Origin: Nannocystales bacterium
Lineage (GTDB): Bacteria; Myxococcota_A; Polyangia; Nannocystales; Nannocystaceae
Assembly: GCA_050633305.1 (NCBI GenBank)
Contig: JBOEGF010000038.1
Location: forward strand, 97,972-161,971
Direction of reading: 5' to 3'
Length of the DNA: 64,000 bases
Shown here: positions 58,694 to 64,000 of the stretch, piece by piece
Layout: every line of letters starts with the position of its first letter
Position numbering within the stretch: the stretch's first letter is position 1
The notes under the pieces: generated by a model
The model's input: the letters and a program-made list of their open reading frames with translations, nothing else
What the model was told of the DNA's origin: nothing
The model's database searches: none
Translations under genes and position numbers: made by a program

Positions 58694-59308
58694 TCAATCC
58701 GGTTGTCGGGGCAGGCCAGCGAGCGAACTCCAGTAGCTGCGCAGGCTGGTCTCGGTCGACTCAACATCGACGGGGTTCGCGATGAGTTTTTCTATGACCC
58801 GTTGGAGCCGCTGCCGTACACGATGGAGTCGCCCGCTGATCACATTGAGGGGGACGTCGAAGACTTCGGCGAGTTCTCGACGCTTCATGGCTTCGTAGCC
58901 ACTGAGTTGCAGAAGGATCTGGTCGTCGACAGAGAGGCTTCGCAATGCCGCGATCACAATGTCGCGGTTCGACTTGCTCACGAGGATGGCGGAGGCGGGT
59001 GGCGCCTCCCCTGCGAGGCGCGCTTCGAGCTCCTCGCCTAGGGGGGCGGTCCTCCGTTTGCGGCCTCGCTCGAGCAGCTTCCGACGTGCGATGCCGAACG
59101 CGAATGAACGAAAACTGCAGTAGGATCGAATTCGCGCCCTCGCTTCGACGAGGGTGAGCAAGGTGTCCTGAACCATATCGGCGACCTCGCTGGGCGGCAC
59201 TCGGTCGCGGAAGAATGCTGTAAGCGCGCGGCGATGCTTTCGAACGAGCGCCGCACCGGCCTCGGAGTTCCCGTCACGCCACTGCGCGAGCAGTTGTTCA
59301 TCGCCCAC
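58694..59308 (-). CDS. ECF sigma factor, divergent from kinase
   Basis: DEQLLAQWRDG, ADMVQDT, FRSFAFGIAR, ISGRLHRVR. Confidence 0.9.
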   Translation of the reverse strand: MGDEQLLAQWRDGNSEAGAALVRKHRRALTAFFRDRVPPSEVADMVQDTLLTLVEARARIRSYCSFRSFAFGIARRKLLERGRKRRTAPLGEELEARLAGEAPPASAILVSKSNRDIVIAALRSLSVDDQILLQLSGYEAMKRRELAEVFDVPLNVISGRLHRVRQRLQRVIEKLIANPVDVESTETSLRSYWSSLAGLPRQPD

Positions 59309-59338
59309 CTCGCAGAGTATAGAAACGCCTGCAGGAGG

Positions 59339-60718
59339 ATGGAAAGCTCTGGCTCGATTGGAACGCTGACCCGGCGGCAACTTGCTCTTCTTAGCGACCT
59401 GGCCCGTGAGCCGCAATGCGGGGCGGCGGCCGATGAGTTTCGAGAGCTCCCTTTGCTACTCGGCCGCTACGAGGTCCGCGAGCCCATCGGCATGGGCGGT
59501 ATGGGTACTGTCTTCAAAGGCTGGGACCGCCGCCTCGAAGCCCACGTTGCAGTGAAGATCGCCCGCCCTGGCGGCGGGGAACGGAACCGCAGCAGCTTGC
59601 TACGAGAGGCTCGGGCTGCCGCGGCTGTCCACCACGAGTACGTCGTTGGGATTCGGGATGTGGGAGAAGCCGAAGACGGCACTCCATTCGTGGTGATGGA
59701 CTTCCTTGAGGGCGAACCACTCTCGGCTTCCCTGGCCGAGCGGGGGCGGCTCCCGTTGTCATTCGCGCTCCCCCTGCTCGAACAAGTTGCGCATGGCCTT
59801 CAAGCCGCTCACGAGGCCGGGATCGTTCACCGGGACCTCAAGCCCAGCAACATCTTCGTCAACGAGAGAGAAACCGGCATCCGCTGCACTCTCATCGACT
59901 TTGGGCTCGCCCGAGCGTTCGATGTCGATGGGGACTCCCGCTCACTCACCAAGGATGGGCAACTCGTTGGGACACCGCGCTACATGAGCCCAGAGCAGAT
60001 CACGGGCGGTCATCCGGTGGGCCCGGCTTCGGACATCTACGCATGGGGCTGCGTCGCGTACAACGTGCTCCGCGGGGCACCGCCGTTCGGAGGAACGCTC
60101 CATCAACTGTTGCACAAGCATGTGCATGAGGAACCGCCCAGGCTCGAGAAGGTTCCGCCCCCAATTCAGAAACTCGTACGACGCTGCATGGACAAGGACC
60201 CCGCAAGGCGTCCGTCATCGGCTCTCGAACTACGGGCTGTCTTGGCGGCTCCCAGACGTTCCACCGCACCCGCTCGTAGTGATAGGCTGAGCACGCGGGT
60301 CGCGGCGGCCGTTGCCAGTGTCCTCGTCGCAGCGTACATCGGTTGGGCGTTCGGGCGAAACACGGCAAGTCCCCATCTCATATCGCACATCGCGCCCCCT
60401 GCGATGTTGGTGGAGGCCGACGGGTGCCCTCCCTCTGGCGAGAGCGCACCCTCGGTAATTCACGAACCGGGGAGTGAACCTAAAGAGAGTGAGCCTAAAG
60501 AGAGTGAGCCTAAAGAGAGTGAGCCTAAAGAGAGCGAACCCGAGCCTGCAACGAAAGTGAAACCGAAAGTGAAACCGAAAGTGAAACATTCACGACCGCG
60601 GGCTGGTTCAGGGAAGACGACTCCTGACGAACTCAACCGCGAGGGAGCGACGGAGCCCCCTGTGGTGCAAGGTCGATCACGCGCCGAGATTCTCGAGGAG
60701 CTTGATGAGCTGGACTGA
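59339..60718 (+). CDS. Ser/Thr protein kinase with TM and low-complexity tail
   Basis: IGMGGMGTVF, HRDLKPSN, DFG, GTPRYMSPE. Confidence 0.95.
   Translation: MESSGSIGTLTRRQLALLSDLAREPQCGAAADEFRELPLLLGRYEVREPIGMGGMGTVFKGWDRRLEAHVAVKIARPGGGERNRSSLLREARAAAAVHHEYVVGIRDVGEAEDGTPFVVMDFLEGEPLSASLAERGRLPLSFALPLLEQVAHGLQAAHEAGIVHRDLKPSNIFVNERETGIRCTLIDFGLARAFDVDGDSRSLTKDGQLVGTPRYMSPEQITGGHPVGPASDIYAWGCVAYNVLRGAPPFGGTLHQLLHKHVHEEPPRLEKVPPPIQKLVRRCMDKDPARRPSSALELRAVLAAPRRSTAPARSDRLSTRVAAAVASVLVAAYIGWAFGRNTASPHLISHIAPPAMLVEADGCPPSGESAPSVIHEPGSEPKESEPKESEPKESEPKESEPEPATKVKPKVKPKVKHSRPRAGSGKTTPDELNREGATEPPVVQGRSRAEILEELDELD
60473..60587 (+). repeat. Coding tandem repeats: 15-bp unit x4 (SEPKE) and 12-bp unit x3 (KVKP)
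   Basis: AGTGAGCCTAAAGAG and GAAAGTGAAACC units read directly. Confidence 0.9.
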
Positions 60719-61505
60719 ACTTGGGGCAGTGGCTTGGCTGGCCTTCGCACCCGCGGAGGCGGCCACGCAACGGAAGGTGCGCCTGCTCGATGAGCTGTAC
60801 GCGCTCACCGAGCAAGAGTGCTCAGAGCACGACGAACTCGTACAGCGCTATGAACTCGCGCGGAGCGAGGCGGAGGCAGCTGGGGGCGACGGCTTGTTCG
60901 AGTTACGGCTCGGCCTCGTGCGGGCCAAACTACTGCGCCGGGCTCAGACGGGACGCCGAACCGACGACGAGAAGATCACCCGAGAGCTCGATGCACTTGC
61001 TCTCGAAGCCTCCCGCGGCCCGCGTGCTGAATCGCTTGCCGAGCTACGCGACTCGCTCGCCGAGGATGTTCGCAACCCATGTGCTACTTCCGTCACGCCG
61101 AGTCCGGTGCTCTCTCCATCCCCCTTGCCTGCGACGCGTCGAGAGGAGACGCCGCCGGCTAGCCCGGAGACAGCGCTCAACCCCGACCCCAATCCCGAAT
61201 CCAAACCCGACTTCGTTCTCCCACCGAGCCGATGGACTCGAGCCGAGGGAAGGATGGTTGCGAGCGGGTCCGTCGTGGGTGCCGCCGGTGTGCTCTCGGT
61301 GGCGTACGGCATCGCCGGTCCTTTTCTGGCCAACGCCCGAATCTCCGGCGAACCCAACGGTGCACAGCGCGAGTTCCTCATCAGCGTCGTTCCTCGCCGT
61401 GCGGGAGCCTGGGTTGGTGTCGGTAGTGTGCTCACGGGCGTTGGCACCGGGCTCGTTGTCTACGGCTTGACTCATCGTCGGTGCCGCAAGCGTCGGTGCA
61501 GGTGA
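60702..61505 (+). CDS. Hypothetical exported/membrane protein
   Basis: Helical N-terminus, Pro linker, two C-terminal TMs; overlaps the kinase stop. Confidence 0.7.
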   Translation: MMSWTELGAVAWLAFAPAEAATQRKVRLLDELYALTEQECSEHDELVQRYELARSEAEAAGGDGLFELRLGLVRAKLLRRAQTGRRTDDEKITRELDALALEASRGPRAESLAELRDSLAEDVRNPCATSVTPSPVLSPSPLPATRREETPPASPETALNPDPNPESKPDFVLPPSRWTRAEGRMVASGSVVGAAGVLSVAYGIAGPFLANARISGEPNGAQREFLISVVPRRAGAWVGVGSVLTGVGTGLVVYGLTHRRCRKRRCR

Positions 61506-61611
61506 GTCCGCCACGACGCGTCGGCGTGCCCACGGCAGCCGACAGTAGGAGTCTCTCGAGGGGAGTCTCGCGAAATTCTCGCAGCGCAGCGCCAGGCAAT
61601 TGGGACCCCGG

Positions 61612-62325
61612 CTATCGCTTCGCCTCCACCGAGATTGTCACTGTGGCAGCACGTGGGACTTCGCTGTAACAAACCAGTTTGTAGGCCCCGCTAGGGACTA
61701 CGGACGGACTCAACTCCAGCGGAATCGAAGTCTCAATGCCGGTGTACTGAAGAAGCGTCGTTGCCGGCTGCGCGACCTTCGCATAGTCGCCACCGTTTTG
61801 GTCCGTCACACCACAAACAAGCGGATCTCCCGACGTATCAGAAATAAGCGTAAACGACCCATCGTAGACAAGATCAGGACACGGGAGTTCGAAGAATGTG
61901 CCGTAGTATGTGGCCTCGGCTCCGATCGCCCAATTGAAGTCGACGATAAAACTCGCGGGTGAGAACTGGCACGGGCTCGTCGTTCCGTTGACATGATCGT
62001 TCGCAGGGGCGAAGGGCTGGCTCGAGCAGATCCCATCGCTCGGCGGCATGCACCTGCGGTCGGCGTCCGTCGACGAGGACGACGTCGCGGTCTCCCCCGC
62101 ATCCCCCGTCGAGGACGCGTCGGTCGTGCTCGAGGAGCTGGAGGCCTCGGCTCGCCCGCTAGATGTCGCGTCCGCGCCGGTCACCGCCATCGTTGAAGAG
62201 CTGGTCAGCGCTGTTCCCGTTCCCGTGCCCGCTTCGTTGTCAGAACCGTCTGGGGGGGGAATGAAGCAACTTGCCGCGACCGACAGGGTCAAGCACGTTC
62301 CCAGAGTGATTCTCACTGGATTCAC
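61612..62325 (-). CDS. Hypothetical lipoprotein (paralog 1)
   Basis: AASC lipobox, Ser/Thr linker, Cys-containing C-terminal domain. Confidence 0.8.
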   Translation of the reverse strand: MNPVRITLGTCLTLSVAASCFIPPPDGSDNEAGTGTGTALTSSSTMAVTGADATSSGRAEASSSSSTTDASSTGDAGETATSSSSTDADRRCMPPSDGICSSQPFAPANDHVNGTTSPCQFSPASFIVDFNWAIGAEATYYGTFFELPCPDLVYDGSFTLISDTSGDPLVCGVTDQNGGDYAKVAQPATTLLQYTGIETSIPLELSPSVVPSGAYKLVCYSEVPRAATVTISVEAKR

Positions 62326-62370
62326 CTAGCGGATGTGCCATCGGCTGGCAAGTCCTCGCTCACTTGAGGG

Positions 62371-63108
62371 TTATCGGACGACCGCCTCTGTGGAAATCGT
62401 GACTCGCGCTTCCCGTTCGACGGCGCTGAAACAGACAAGCTTATAGGCTCCGCTTTGAACGACCTCCGGGTCCAGAAACAGGTCCGTAGTGGTCTTCACA
62501 CCGATGAAGTTGAGAGGAGTGGTTGTCTCGTCGGCCGGATCGGCGTAGTCGCCACCGTCCTGGGCGGTGATCCCACATACCAACTGGCCGGATTCGACCG
62601 AAGACTCAAGCGTAAAACTTCCCGAGTACGGCACATCAGCGCACGGAAGGTCGAAGAAGACTCCGAAGTAGGTCTGGGCGGCCCCTCCTGTCCAATCGAA
62701 GTCGACGATGTATTCGTTTGGAGTGAAGTCGCACGGCTCCGTGACCCCTCCGATGTGGTCGTTGAAAGGGACGAAGGGCTGGCCGACGCAAGCCTCTTCG
62801 AATGGCGGCATGCACTCATCACCGTCTGCGGTGGTCGATGACGAAGCGCTGCTGGTGCTGGTGCTGGTGCTGCCCTGCTCTGAGGTGCTGCTGGTTGGTA
62901 CGCCGGATCCGGTCGAAGGTCCCGCAGAGGATCCGCTGGGACCTGCGGTCTCCCCGCTCTCCGCAAGGCTGGAGGTGGAACCCGTACTGAGGTCATGGGA
63001 CGTCGTGGACACCACCGACGTCGATGACGAATCCGTGTCGGACGGATTGCCCGTGCCGGAGAAGCAGGCGGAGGCGATACACGTGAATAGGGCGAGAGCG
63101 TGTTTCAT
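62371..63108 (-). CDS. Hypothetical lipoprotein (paralog 2)
   Basis: ASAC lipobox; C-terminal domain closely parallels that of 61612-62325. Confidence 0.8.
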   Translation of the reverse strand: MKHALALFTCIASACFSGTGNPSDTDSSSTSVVSTTSHDLSTGSTSSLAESGETAGPSGSSAGPSTGSGVPTSSTSEQGSTSTSTSSASSSTTADGDECMPPFEEACVGQPFVPFNDHIGGVTEPCDFTPNEYIVDFDWTGGAAQTYFGVFFDLPCADVPYSGSFTLESSVESGQLVCGITAQDGGDYADPADETTTPLNFIGVKTTTDLFLDPEVVQSGAYKLVCFSAVEREARVTISTEAVVR

Positions 63109-63471
63109 GGAATCGGGCGCGAGGTTGTAAGAGGCGCGCGCACCTCCCCAAGTGACGTTCGAATCGAAAAACGTCGGCGAGCCCCCAAAAAAGTCGCGGG
63201 TTGTTCTGCCGCGACGGGCCACGAGGCAGGTTCCGCTGCCCCCTACCTCATCGGATCGCCCTCCCGGGGCAGGGGGAGGCAGACACGCCCCCCGGATGTC
63301 GGGAGTCGGTGTGCATCGAACAGGTGTGTGCCGTTGGCCAGCGCGAAGGCGCCGCGTGCAACGGCGGCTGCGGTGTTCAGCTCAGCTGCGACACCGCCTC
63401 CGAAACCTGCGTTCGCGACCCATACGTGTGTCAGCAGTTCTAGCAGGGTGAGAAAAAAGTCCCACGCAGTG

Positions 63472-63563
63472 TCATCTGGCTACCCGACCCTCATCTGGCT
63501 ACCCGACCCAGGGTGTGGCTACCCTGGCTGGCTACCCGCTACCCTGGCTACCCGACCCAGGGT
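63472..63563. repeat. Cluster of GCTACCC-core direct repeats
   Basis: TCATCTGGCTACCCGACCC twice in tandem; six GCTACCC cores within 92 bp. Confidence 0.85.
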
Positions 63564-64000
63564 TGTTGACCAGTGGGGCGGAAGATCGGCGCGAGGGTGG
63601 GGTAACGAACGGCCTGAGGAAAGGTGAACTCCGCAGCAAGGACCGGAGAATCGGGGCCGGGCGGGGTGTTTCGTCGGCCACGTCCGGCGAGGAACCAGCA
63701 CCCGCGGACGAGCACTGGGCTCGCCTTCTGCGCCTGAAACCGCGAGGGCTCAGTTTTTCGTGACGTCGACGGCGACGCCGAAGCGCTGGACCATCAGGTA
63801 CGTACCGAGAGGAAAGACGACATTCCGCTTCCCGCCTTCGAACAGCAAGCGTGCTTGCTCGTGTGCCTCGAGGAAGGCCTCGTTGCGCTGTAGCGCTTCG
63901 ATGCGGGCCCACTTGTTCTTGCCAGCCACGGTCGGTCGAATGCCGCGCCGCGGAGCCCGGGTCGAGGGGGAACTATCGGTGGGCTGCCGGCGAACACGCC

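Noticed and set aside
63472..63563. Possible CRISPR array
   Set aside because: Units are short, adjacent and irregular, with no spacers and no cas genes

Overview
High-GC bacterial DNA with a myxobacterial character (Nannocystaceae/Polyangia-like, inferred from Ser/Thr kinase-ECF sigma pairs, many Ser/Thr/Gly-linker lipoproteins and a TIGR02996-type protein). It is an accessory region of about 55 genes. No rRNA, tRNA, CRISPR array or intact mobile element was recognised. The main discovery is a compact RiPP-type cluster at 18.4-21.6 kb on the minus strand: a GNAT gene, then a 58-aa double-glycine-leader precursor peptide missing from the ORF track, a stem-loop, two tandem DUF692/MNIO iron enzymes (one MbnB-like, one with a C-terminal extension) and a small possibly MbnC-like partner. 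Other highlights are an operon of FMP-type peroxidase, a large remotely LodA-like protein and a flavoprotein (42-46 kb), and a LysM/peptidoglycan-binding operon ending in a flavoprotein-like protein that starts with a eukaryotic-style acylation motif, MGCCCFSKK (54-57.5 kb). The window also holds five ECF sigma factors, three kinases, several broken genes and a stray sucD-like fragment. All family calls come from motif recognition by eye, not database searches, and many start codons are best estimates.
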